This document shows, in pieces, positions 1-11,090 of a stretch of DNA of 64,000 nucleotides. The stretch is from Leucoraja ocellata (Eukaryota): NCBI GenBank assembly GCA_036785375.1, contig JAWMAR010000894.1:1-64000 (forward strand), read 5' to 3'. The notes under the pieces were generated by a model that did no database searches, was not told the DNA's origin, and saw only the letters and a program-made list of their open reading frames with translations. Each line of letters starts with the position of its first letter. Position 1 is the stretch's first letter. A program made the position numbers and the translations under genes.

Positions 1-148
1 CAGATTTATCACTTCTGAAACTTTTTGATGTCAAAGGAATCAAGAAAAAACACAAATAATGCTTTAGTGTTGATGAAATGTAGTGAGCAAACAGCCAATG
101 TTCGCTAAGCACTCTGTTTATTGTCCCTTCAGCTCTCACTTCTATCTA

Positions 149-773
149 GATTCAGATTCAGATTCAGATTCAATTTTAATTGTCATTGTAAGTGTACAGT
201 ACAGAGACAACGAAATGCATTTAGCATCTCCCTTGAAGAGCGACATAGCAAACGATTTGAATTAAAAAAAAAAAATAAGTGTCCGGGGGGGGGGGGGGGG
301 TGATTGGCAGTCACCGAGGTACGTTGTTTAGTAGAGTGACAGCGGCCGGAAAGAAGCTGTTCCTCGACCTGCTGGTTCGGCAACGGAGAGACCTGTAGCG
401 CCTCCCGGATGGTAGGAGGGTAAACAGTCCATGGTTGGGGTGAGAGCAGTCCTTGGCGATGCTGAGCGCCCTCCGCAGACAGCGCTTGGTTTGGACAGAC
501 TCAATGGAGGGGAGCGTGGAACCGGTGATGCGTTGGGCAATTTTCACCACCCTCTGCAATGCCTTCCGGTCGGAGACAGAGCAGTTGCCATACCATACTG
601 TGATGCAGTTGGTAAGGATGCTCTCGATGGTGCAGCGGTAGAAGTTCACCAGGATCTGACGAGACAGATGGACCTTCTTCAGTCTCCTCAGGAAGAAGAG
701 ACGCTGATGAGCCTTCTTGATCAGAGTAGAGGTATTGTGGGTCCAAGAGAGGTCATCGGAGATGTTGACTCCC
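149..773 (-). mobile_element. 5'-truncated Rex1/Babar-type LINE (C-terminal region of RT ORF)
   Basis: ORF 311-799 reads DLSWTHNT..KKAHQRLFFLRRLK..FYRCTIESILT..WYGNCS..SHPNHGLFTLLPSGRRYRS..SFFP. (TGAATC)n tail at 149-172. Interrupts the foldback element. Confidence 0.88.
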
Positions 774-942
774 TGTCTACTGACATTATCTACTGTCATT
801 ATCTACTGACATATCTACTGTCATTTCTCCTCACTTTTGGAATTCTGAAGTTGGCTAAATGTCTCACATGCTCATCCCGATATCCATAATTATTTGCAGC
901 TCAAAAATGGACATATTCAGCGGGTTTTAACGGATCCGCTAC

Positions 943-1038
943 GTTCAGGTTCAGATTCAGATTCAGTTTCAACTTTAATTGTCGTTGTCCGTGTACAGTA
1001 AACAGAGACAACAAAATTCGGTTAGCATCTCCCTGGAA
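943..1038 (-). mobile_element. Short Rex1-type 3' tail fragment
   Basis: (GATTCA)n plus 3'UTR similar to 149-235. Shared with the copies at ~11790-11880 and ~25190-25285. Confidence 0.6.
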
Positions 1039-1155
1039 CATGGAGTTGGAAACGATGGTAAGTGCCTACCTGCAGTACATCGCGTGTAATCCATTTGGTG
1101 TAGCGTAGCAACAGTACGGGTCATGGGTCGTGACCCGACTGCCGTGAAACCTCCC

Positions 1156-1156
<1 letters not shown>

Positions 1157-1186
<30 letters not shown>

Positions 1187-2560
1187 ATATATGTGTGTGT
1201 GAATATTTACATGNNNNNNNNNNNNNNNNNNNNNNNNNNNNNNNNNNNNNNNNNNNNNNNNNNNNNNNNNNNNNNNNNNNNNNNNNNNNNNNNNNNNNNN
1301 NNNNNNNNNNNNNNNNNNNNNNNNNNNNNNNNNNNNNNNNNNNNNNNNNTGAGTGAATATGTGTGAGCGATTATATGTGTGTGTGCATATGTGTGTGAGT
1401 TCATGTGAATATATATGTGTGTTTGAAATAATATAATATTTTGTAGTTCAGAGCTTATTTGTTAAGTTTAATAGTGTGATGGCTGTCAGGAAGAAGCTGT
1501 TCCTCTATGTAGATGTTACAGTTTTCAGTTTACATAAGTCGGACGTGACTCGAGAAGTCGGGCATCAGTCAGTCCACAAGCTGTGAGAGTCAGTCCAAAG
1601 GCCATGAGTTAATCCCAGGGCAGTGAGTCCACACGTCATGAGTAAATCGCTCACTGCCCCCTCTACTCCACTGACACCTCAAGACGCTGCCCTCCGCCTG
1701 GCTATAGGATGCACCCCCTACTGAAGCCGTCCACATCCCTTGCATGAGGACACCCCATCCCCTTCTCATCAGTTCACGACAACCCCCGCCTGAAGCTGCC
1801 CTTGGCTGCACTACATTTACCACCCATAGGGCAGTGTCTTGAGGTGGGGGATGAGTCCGTATATATGTGTGTGTGATTAAGTCTGTGTGTGTGAGTGAGT
1901 CTGTGTGTGTGTGTGATTGAGTTTGTGTGTGCGTGAATGAGTCTGTTTGCGAATATGTGTATGAGAATGTGTGAGTGTGAATATGTGTGAGAATGTGTCT
2001 GTGTGTGAATATGTGCGTGTATGTGTGTGTGTCTGAGTGTGTATGAATATATGTGTGTGTGTGTACGTATGAGTGAATGTGTGTGAGTGAATGTGTGTGT
2101 ATGAATATATGTGTGAGTGCGTGTGAATATATATGTGTGTGTGTGAAACAATAGTATATCGTAGTTCAGAGCTTATTTGTTAAGTTTATTAGCGTGATGG
2201 CTGCCAGGAAGAAACTGTTCCTCAATGTAGATGTTACCGTTTTCAGTTTACAAAAGTCGGATGTGACTCCAGAAGTTGGGCGTCAGTCAGTCCACAAGCC
2301 GTGAGAGTCAATCAGTCTAAAGGGCATGAGTTAATCCCAAGGCAGTGAGTGAGTCCACAGATAATGAGTAAATCGCTCACTGCCCCCTCTCCTCCACTGA
2401 CATGCCCCACATCCGCCTGGCAATAGATGCACCCCCTACTGAAGCCGCCCTCATCCCCTGCATGAGCCCTCCCCCACACATTTCTCATCAGCTCACGAGA
2501 ACCCCCACCAGAAACTGTGCCCCTCCCTTGGCTGCACGATGTTTACCACCCCCCCCCACC
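1157..2560. repeat. (GT)n-rich microsatellite blocks and a ~720-bp-period internal duplication (1435-1850 vs 2155-2560)
   Basis: The block GTAGTTCAGAGCTTATTTGTTAAG...CAGTCAGTCCACAAG...CCCCCTACTGAAGCCG occurs twice, separated by GT-rich tracts. Confidence 0.8.
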
Positions 2561-2667
2561 CCACCCTGAGAGCCCCTACCTCAAAAAAAATGTTTTCCAC
2601 AAAATTTTCAGTGTTCATTAACAACTGACATTGTCTTTGGGCTGCTTTTTGAACATCATGTCAGGAA

Positions 2668-3140
2668 ATGTTATGTGATGTGGCTATTGCTGTAGTATCC
2701 TCTAGGATAGCAGCTACATTTCTGCCTGGTGGAAGAACGACACATTCTCGATTCAAGATACCCATCCAAGTGGCCGAGGATACATTGTGCAACATCGAGA
2801 AGAACTCTAAGACGGCACATTTCACGAGGCAAGTGAAAGTCATTGTTTGGGATGAATGTCCAATGATTAGGAGAGAATGCTTTGAAGTTGTGGACAGAAC
2901 TCTTCCAGATGTCTTCAGCAACACCAAGCATATTGGTGCCCCCCTGCCAGTACAGGCCTCAGTGACTGAGCTGTCCGCCCAAAAATCCATTCCGCCAACA
3001 AACTCCATACTAGCCCTCTGGAAACCAGTACCTTTGCCCCAACATACTAGCTCAACAGAAATATGAAGGGAAATGTCAAAGGTTTCCTGAAGGATGGAAC
3101 ATCGCCCAAGAATGTTGTCATTAATAGCGTGCTTCGTTGA
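2668..3140 (+). pseudogene. Helitron Pif1-family helicase fragments
   Basis: AIAVVSSRIAATFLPGGRTTHSRFKIPI..C.I..VIVWDECPM..FEVVDRTLPDV matches SF1B helicase motifs Ia-II. A C-terminal-like piece KNVVINSVLR* ends at ~3140. Confidence 0.85.
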
Positions 3141-3991
3141 ATGATGACTTCTGAGGTAAATTCTCAGATTTTCCTTCTTAAAATCTGATCGCTGGCTTTC
3201 TCTATATTAAAATTGTCTCTTTTTATCAACAGGAAATAGTCATCAAGAGGCAGTGAACAGCAGAACACAACAAGACGCAACAAGACACAACAAGTAAAAA
3301 TTTAATAAATCTCATCTTTAAAATTTAAATTGTCCTTATATTTTAAGAGTCATTCACATTTTAAACTTTAATAACACCTTTTTACACTTTTAATGCCGTA
3401 TGTTCTTCATCACAATAGAACCTAATAGGCAGGAATGGCTGCTCTGTGGGAGAGCCACCAAGAGTGCATGGAGGGGAGATTGTTTGGAGATGCACTGAAT
3501 GTGTGGGTGGGAGGGGAATGGCAAGGAGCAGAGTGGGGGGGGGTGAAGGTAGGTGGGGTGACTGAGTGAACTGCCAGCGTACCAGGCGTGAGTGACTGCA
3601 CTGCCAGCCCACGAGCCGTGAGTTAGTGAACTGCCAGCCCAATAATCCATTAAGTCCACACTCTCCCCCTTCTCTCTATTACTGTCTGTCACCTGTTTTG
3701 GGCTCAATTTCTGGCAGTTTCTCAGCCGCCAGCCTGCCAGGTCAGAGTGATTGTACTGCCAGGCCTCAGTGATTGAGCTGCCAGCCCAAAAATCTATTTG
3801 GTCCGCAAACTCCATTCTAGCCCTCTGGTAATCAGTACCTTCGGCCCACAACGCTCATACTAGCGCAACAGAAATCCCCCCTCCCTTTGGCCAGCAATAT
3901 TGGAATTGCTGCAGAGGTGGAATATTGTATTGGGTGTCCTGCCCTCCCGTGTGATGCTGGGACCCAAAGGGTCCCACTTAGACTAGTATGT

Positions 3992-3995
<4 letters not shown>

Positions 3996-4026
<31 letters not shown>

Positions 4027-4736
4027 TTTATTTGTTAAGCACTTTAAAATCAACCAAAGCTGACCAAAGTGTTGTACAGAAAAAAAAGCAAGACATCATA
4101 AAACAGGCAGAATAACAGAACATACAGCCAACATGAGGCGCATAAATTACATACGAAATTCAACAATAAATTAAAAGACATAAAACATGAGTATGAACCA
4201 TGCAGTAAAATTAAGCAAATAAAGTTAACACATATGTCGACACCTTACTGATCTACAAAGGCCACGGAGAATAGATGTGTCTTCAGGAGTGATTTAAAAA
4301 CAGCTAGAGAATGGGCCTGTTTAACGTGTAGAGGCAATTCATTCCATAATATCGGTGCTGACACAGCAAAGGCACGGTCCCCTCTGAGCTTCCGCTTAGT
4401 TTTAGGCCCACTCAGGAGCAGCTGATCATCTGACATGAGAGAGCGGGTGGATGTATAAGGGTGAAGAAGCTCAGATAGGTAGGACGGGGCAAGACCATTT
4501 AGAGATTTAAAAACAAATTAAATATTTTTTAAATGAATCCTATACTGAACAGGCAGCCATTGGAGTGAGGCTAAAATGTGTGAAACGTGATCATGTTTTC
4601 GTGTGCCAGTTAAGAGACGAACAGCTGCATTCTGTACCATCTGGAGATGGGCGATGGAGGACCGACTAACCCCCATATACAGTGCATTGCAGTAATTCAG
4701 CCGGGTGGTAACAACGGCATGGATTACCATCTCAAA

Positions 4737-4740
<4 letters not shown>
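3996..4740 (-). mobile_element. L2-clade LINE 3' end with (TTA)n tail
   Basis: IHAVVTTRLNYCNALY.G..LQMVQNAAVRLLT..LASLQWLPV..GDRAFAVSAPILWNELP..FKSLLKTHLF. (TAA)n on the + strand at 3996-4024. Confidence 0.88.

Positions 4741-4789
<49 letters not shown>
4740..4789. repeat. (TA)n microsatellite
   Basis: Direct read of the sequence. Confidence 0.95.
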
Positions 4790-4793
<4 letters not shown>

Positions 4794-4885
4794 TTGGGCA
4801 CGGATTAATCGGATCGCGCACGGCCACCGAGGTTCATCCGTTCCCCAAAGCCACTGAGCTCGATAGTCAGCGGCTTAAACACATT

Positions 4886-5010
4886 AGTCTGAAGAAGGGT
4901 CTCGATCCGAAACGTCACCCACTCCTTCTCTCCAGTGATGCTGCCTGTCCCGCAGAGTGACTCCACCATTTTGTGTCTACCTTCGGTTTAAACCAGCATC
5001 TGCAGTTCCT
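4886..5010 (+). mobile_element. Penelope-like pseudo-LTR fragment with hammerhead-ribozyme-like core
   Basis: CTGAAGA-AGGGTC-TC-GATCC-GAAACGTC at 4889-4916. Same repeat recurs at ~18045-18280, 36075-36200, 36920-37105 and 55480-55600. Confidence 0.6.
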
Positions 5011-5300
5011 TCATGCAGCTGAAACCAAGGTTTCTTTGGTGGAAGACGACTAACACGCGGGATACGGACGAGGACATTTCGACCAGCTAGCGAGTGAGAT
5101 GAAGAGAAACAGGATGATTACAAACGGCCTCTAGAACGACATAGGTTACTATAAAGCTGGGAAAGGAAAGACGAACGGACACATGACATGAGCAGCAGCG
5201 AGACTGCTAATCCCAAATGGGAACATAGGTTAAAGTTATATCAGAACGCGGAGCACATGGTACAAAGCTTCAACACGTTGAACAAGGTGAAAGGATTTAC

Positions 5301-5370
5301 CAGGAATTCCAAACGCCGCCAGAATCGGATAGGCAATCTCCTTCATGTACAGAATCGGAGCCCGCTCCAT
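5301..5370 (-). CDS. First coding exon of a GPR139-like class A GPCR paralog (remaining exon not visible in window)
   Basis: 70-nt ATG exon encoding MERAPILYMKEIAYPILAAFGIP followed by G|GTAAAT donor. Homologous to 17725-17794. Confidence 0.7.
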
Positions 5371-7577
5371 TCTGGAAGTATTTCAGCAGCATTATCGGTT
5401 GACACAATGGAGCAAGAATAGTGGTACCGATCCTCAGTAATACTCGCTGAAATCCACTGCTGGGAACGAGCCATTACATTAGTGACAGGTTCTTTAACAA
5501 ACATGTTTTTTTCCCCACACAATTAATTTAATTTCAACAATCTCACAGAGGAGATGGGGGGGGGGGGGGGGGGGGGCGATGAATTCAGTGCAACGAGTAG
5601 TGTAGGTTACAGGCGCATTTCTGCTACTTTTCTGAATCCAAAATTCAGTGTAATGGACTTCTGCTGTGGCGGGAATCGCTTCATTCACAGGGCAACGGGC
5701 CTGTTGGAGATTTAGGGATTGAACACATGGAAGCCTAAAATAAAAAATATCCGAAGCAGAGACGGGTAAAAGCTCTGAAATGTAAATTGCTAAATGGAAA
5801 GGTTATAAAGTGAAAGGAGGAAAGTTTAAATTAGATTTTCCAGTACAGTTATTCTTTATGTGCCTGGATGCGCGCCTTGGGCAGTTGGTAGATGTAGATC
5901 CCATGGCAACATTTAGGAGGGATTTAACCGCACGTGTACAGGCAGACAATGGAGGTGCACACATCGTATGCACCCAGATAAGACCAGAGGCGCTGACATC
6001 ATAATCGGCGCAGACATGGTGGGCGGTATTTCTTCCAACCCTGAACTGATTAGGTTCACGATGGGCCAGCAAACCGAAGGACTTGAGGGGAGCTTATGTC
6101 TGTGGCATGAATGTAAACCAGGCCAAAGATGTTCAGACAGATGTGGGGAAAACCGTGCACATATTTGGAATTGCACGCGCATGGCCACAAATGGAAAATG
6201 AGGCTGGAGAACCGAACTGAAGTTTGCTATGAGGAGGACGTCGATGGTGCTTCAGGGATGAAATGCCACTATGGTCTATAATCCAGATGAAATGGATCTG
6301 CGAAGGATTGGTGTTTAATGGCAAATAGGCGCAATATTACGAGTAGCCTTTTAAAGTATTTTGACGACCTCAGTGTGTTGACCTGTTTCGTATGTTGGTG
6401 GTTTGAGGAAACGGGAGTCTCTCCCACTGTTGATGCCGCAAATGCATCAAAGAGCACACGACGAGCAGACAGTTCATCAACTTGTGGCTGAAGCAATGAA
6501 GCAAACTCTAACACGTTATCTCCCAGAATTAACGTGGAAACTATTGAACGGGTTAAAGTAAGAATATATCCGTTAGCAGCCCGCCAATGGTGGACTTGGC
6601 ACCCACCCTGCCTCTTGAGAGAAAGGAGAGAGCGTGGTCTTCGACGGGAGACAAATGTCGGAGAGAGTGGACGAGCGCTCCGGCTGGAAGGGGAAGGAGG
6701 GGGTGTGGGGTTAGGGGTTCTAAAGAGGACGCGAGTCTCTGACGGCTCCCACTGTTCGAATGCCGATACTTTTCAACAAACATTAAAGACGATTTGCTCA
6801 ACAGGTCGTTGGTAGACGGAATATTTGACTTCAATCTGTGCATCCTGATGTCTGCCTGCATTGAGCTGAGGCTGGTGACTGAGAACTGGATTTAAGGCTC
6901 CTGTAGTCAAAACGTTCCCTGCTCTGGGGCTCCGGTCTCGGTGCCTGATCAGAACACATCTGCTGGGCGAGGCGGCCATTGACAGGAAGGTGGTGAGCAT
7001 CTCCCAAGGTATTGCGCCTGTACAGGGTTCAAACGCTTGATCTCGTCCTCCTCTCCAAATGTTTCTGCGAATCGTCAACATAGCTTGAAGACCGCAGCCG
7101 TGACGCGACACCACTTCCTGTGGCTTGATGTCAAGTAGTCAACCCGCAGCAGAAAACAAAAGCGACCAAAACTCAACCATTGACGGGAAATGAAGCCAAC
7201 ATTGGTAACAGGTCGGCCCGAGAAGATATCTCAGCGACAGAGAGAAGATAAGATCTAACCTTTACGGAAAACGTCGGTCTCCAAAAAACGGCTCCATGTT
7301 AAACTGCCTACAGACCGCGTGTGGAGATGAAACTGAGATAAACAAATGCACCAGAGGCCAATAACTAACCCTGGCATCTCCATGCGAAACGCTGTCGTGC
7401 ACTTTGATCTTCTTCACGCACTCCATGCACCGGTCCCACATACCCCAGCCTGTATATTCTGACCGCTGTAAAATAACTACCCGATATTTCGGAGAGTACA
7501 AATCAGCCAGATATCGCCTCCTGCACCCGCCGCTCCATTGAACTAATAATTTGTTTACTCATTTCCATCCAAATCCA

Positions 7578-8512
7578 GAACAAAAGGCAATTAGGAAAGG
7601 GAAAATTGATTATGAAACAAAACTGACAGGGAACATAAAAACTGAACGCAAAACTTTTTATAGATATGTGAAGAGAAAACAATTAGTTAAAACAAATGTA
7701 GGTCCTTTGCAGTCAGAAACAGGTGAATTGGTCATGGGGAACAAGGACATGGCAGGCCAATTCAATAACTACTTTGGTTCTGTCTTCACTAAGGAAGACA
7801 TAAATAATCTACCGGAAATAGCAGGGGATCGCGGGTCAAATGAGATGGAGGAACTGAGTGAAATCCAGGTTAGCCAGGAAGTGGTGTTAGGTAAATTGAA
7901 TGGATTAAAGGCAGATACATCCCCAAGGCCAGATAGGCTGCATCCCAGAGTACTTAAGGAAGTAGCTCCAGAAATAGTGGATGCATTAGTGATAATTTTT
8001 CAAAACACTTTGGGTTCTGGAGTAGTTCCTGAAGATTGGAGGGTAGCTAATGTAACCCCACTTTTTAAAAAGGGAGGGAGAAGAAAACGGGGAATCACAG
8101 ACCAGTTAGTCTACCATAGGCAGTGGGGAAACTGCTATAATCAGTTATGAAAGATGGGATAGCAGCACATTTGGAAAGTGGTGAAATCATTGGACAACGT
8201 CAGCATAGATTCATGAAAGGTAAATCATGTCTGACAAATCTTATAGAATTTTTCGAGGATGTAAATTGTAGAGTGGATAAGGGATAACCGGTGGCAGTGT
8301 TATATCTGGACTTTCACAAGCCTTTCGACAAGGTCCCACATAAGAGATTAGTATACAAACTTAAAGCACACGGTATTGGGGGTTCAGTATTTATGTGGAT
8401 AATGAACTGGCTTGCAGACAGGAAGCAAAGAGTAGGAGTAAACGGATCCTTTTCACAATGACAGGCAATGACTAGTGGGGTACCGCATGGCTCAGTGCTG
8501 GGACCCCAGTTA
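7578..8512 (+). mobile_element. CR1 LINE ORF2 fragment (5' part, split by Helitron)
   Basis: YFGSVFTKED..SPRPDRLHPRVLKEVA.EIVDALVIIFQ..VPEDWRVANVTPLFKKG, then LDF.K.FDKVPH and SGVP.GSVLGP at nucleotide level. Confidence 0.9.
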
Positions 8513-8911
8513 TCTACATTACTAAAACTCAGTTCTTGACCGCTTTTCCCGATCTGTGCTGCGATTTCCGAGAGAACGCCGCCACCTACGGCCGTCATTT
8601 TTGGCCACCTCCCTCAGAGCCCCCCTCTGCCGCACGTGTGCCGAGGATTTGTCCTCTCGATGAAATATGACCGAGATATTAATGTTTTTACATAATTCCC
8701 CATTCTCTCTGCAGCCCCCGATGGCGGCAGGGGAGGGAGGGGTTATAAAACCCGGTAGCGACCCGCTTCAATCACTTTCTTCCCGACCACGAAGTGGAAG
8801 GGTCGCGGTTCTCTGAGCTGCAGCTCTGCTCCCAGGTGAGTGCTTTTTCACCCAATTGATATGTACGTTATTCACCATGCTCTGAAGTTTCTTGGAATTT
8901 TGTTGGAAAGA

Positions 8912-9305
8912 GTTTGTATATTTGTCTACTATCTATATTGTTTTTGAACTGTGAATTGAAAATAAAAAACATTTGTATACTTGTCTATCTATATTGTGTT
9001 TGAACTGTGAATTGAAAATAAAAACCATTTGTATATGTCTATATATATTGTGTTTGAACTGTGAATTGAAAATAAAAACCATTTGAATATTTGTCTATCT
9101 ATACCGTGTTTGAACTGCGAATTTGAAAATAAAAACCATTTGTATATTTGTCTATCTATACTGTGTTTGAACTGTGAATTGAAAATAAAAACCATTTATA
9201 TATTTGTCTATCTACATTGTGTTTGAACTGTGAATTGAAAATAAAAACCATTTGTATATTTGTCTATCTATACTGTGTTTGAGCTGTGAAATGAAAATAA
9301 AAGCC
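8912..9305. repeat. AT-rich minisatellite, ~56-bp unit, about 7 copies (2 more at ~9778-9895)
   Basis: TTTGTATATTTGTCTATCTATATTGTGTTTGAACTGTGAATTGAAAATAAAAACCA repeated head to tail. Confidence 0.9.
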
Positions 9306-9569
9306 AGTTGTTATTGATGTAAAGCGTTTTGCATATTTTGTTTCTCTTGGGTTTTAAAATGGTTGCACCGGTTTTCAGGTAACTAAAGCATGATGTTTAT
9401 TGTGTTTGAAATGGTGATGTAAATTGAAATGCATTTGTTGCAACGGTTTCAGGCCAGTAATGCGCGAAAGAACCTTTTTTATTTCGATCAGACTGTGTTT
9501 AAATTTAAAATTGGCGGACATTTTGTGATTTTGGCGGTTTGAAGATGGCGGCGATGACGTCATTTCCGA

Positions 9570-9602
9570 CAAAGATCTTATAGCTTTGCTATAAGATCTT
9601 TG
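9570..9602. mobile_element. 33-bp collapsed TIR-only DNA element with 8-bp target duplication
   Basis: CAAAGATCTTATAGC-TTT-GCTATAAGATCTTTG flanked by ATTTCCGA on both sides. The same TIR begins a longer element at 10080. Confidence 0.7.
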
Positions 9603-10744
9603 ATTTCCGACGATCGGTAAGATGGCGGCGATGACGTCATTTCCGGCGAGCCGCGAAGTGAAAAAGTCACGGCTCTCTGAGCTGCAGCTCTGCTCCCAGG
9701 TGAGTGCTTTTTCACCCAATTGATATGTATGTTATTCACCATGCTCTGAAGTTTCTTGGAATTTTGTTGGAAAGAGTTTGTATATTTGTCTATCTATATT
9801 GTGTTTGAACTGTGAATTGAAAATGAAAAGCATTTTCAGTTGTATATTTGTCTATCTATATTGTGTTTGAACTGTGAATTGAAAATAAAACCATTTCTTT
9901 TTGTTATAAAGCGTTTTGCAAATTTGTTTCTCTTGGATTTTAAAATGGTTGCACCGGTTTTCAGTTAACTAAAGCATGATGTCTATTGTGTTTGAAATGG
10001 TGATGTAAATTGAAATGCATTTGATGCAACGTTTTCAGGCCAGTAATGCGCGAAAGAACCTTTTTATTTCGATCAGCACCAAAGATCTTATAGCAAAGCA
10101 AGACAGACTACTCCTGCTAAATTCAATGGACTGACGTGTAGTACGCTATGGAGGGGATCATGGGCATTTTTTCCACACCCATTTTAGCAACCTGAGCCTA
10201 CCTGACCCGACCCGACTCGCACTGTAATCAATGTTGCGGGGCACCAGTTTGTGTGGGTCAGATTCATAAATCTGTCAGTTCAAACTTCTTGTCAAGAATA
10301 AAATTTGATTCTGGTAGTTGTCTTTTTTAATGTTTTTTAAATCATTTCTTTTTAAATGGCTCACAAGCAGTGTTTGAGTTGATTTTGTAGTAACCGGAAC
10401 CGACCCGACTCGCAGGGTGATTGACAGGGGGGGGGGGGGGACTTTTTGTGCGTGATATAGGGTTAGATTCATAATTCTGTTAGTTCATAATTCTGTTGAT
10501 TCTTGTTAAAGAATAAAATGTTTATAAACACACATACATGACAATTATATAAATGTATATAACACACACAATTATATTTCTTCTAATCCAATAATGAACT
10601 TTATTTCAGACTAGACAAGGGACATTAAATAACAAACATTGTAAATAAGAAACATTGTAAACCTCCCTGCAACTTTATACACACTAGGCCTTATCCCCCC
10701 CGGCACTCTCTCGCCTGCCCCCTTACTCCAATGCCCACCCTCCT

Positions 10745-11090
10745 ATGCCCCTCTGCTCGCTGCCCCGGGCACCGCACTCTCTCTCCTCGCTGCCCCGGAC
10801 CCCGCACTCCCTCTCTTCGCTGCCCCGGACCGCGCAGTCCTTCTCCCCGCTGCCCCGCACTCTCTCTCCCCGCTGCCCCGGACCCCGCATTCCCTCTCCC
10901 CGCTGCCCCGGACCGCGCACTCCTTCTCCCCGCTGCCCCGCACTCCCTCTCCCCGCTGCCCCGGACCGCGCACTCCTTCTCCCCGCTGCCCCGCACTCTC
11001 TCTCCCCGCTGCCCCGGGCCCCGCACTCTCTCTCCTCGCTGCCCCGGACCCCGCACTCTCTCTCCCCGCTGCCCCGGGCCCCGCACAGAG
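10745..11090. repeat. GC-rich minisatellite (30-bp and 22-bp unit variants)
   Basis: CCCGCTGCCCCGGACCCCGCACTCTCTCTC repeats. Confidence 0.92.

Larger units (their letters stand above)
1..1156 (-). mobile_element. THAP-derived foldback DNA element (ISL2EU-like), partial copy inside the Helitron
   Basis: Matches 61439-63066 in reverse orientation and ends in the TIR ...GTGAAACCTCCCT (1156). Confidence 0.65.
1..3986 (+). mobile_element. Non-autonomous composite Helitron, 3' part (5' end outside window) with intact 3' terminus
   Basis: Subterminal hairpin TGGGACCC-AAA-GGGTCCCA (3958-3976), then CTAG (3983-3986) followed by host T. Contains Pif1-helicase remnants. Colinear with 11540-14787. Confidence 0.8.

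Noticed and set aside
1-3900. Direct segmental duplication of 11540-14787
   Set aside because: Similarity ends at the Helitron 3' end and the flanks differ, so independent Helitron insertions fit better.
8912-9305. Regularly spaced repeats resembling a CRISPR array
   Set aside because: Head-to-tail units without unique spacers, no cas genes, vertebrate context.
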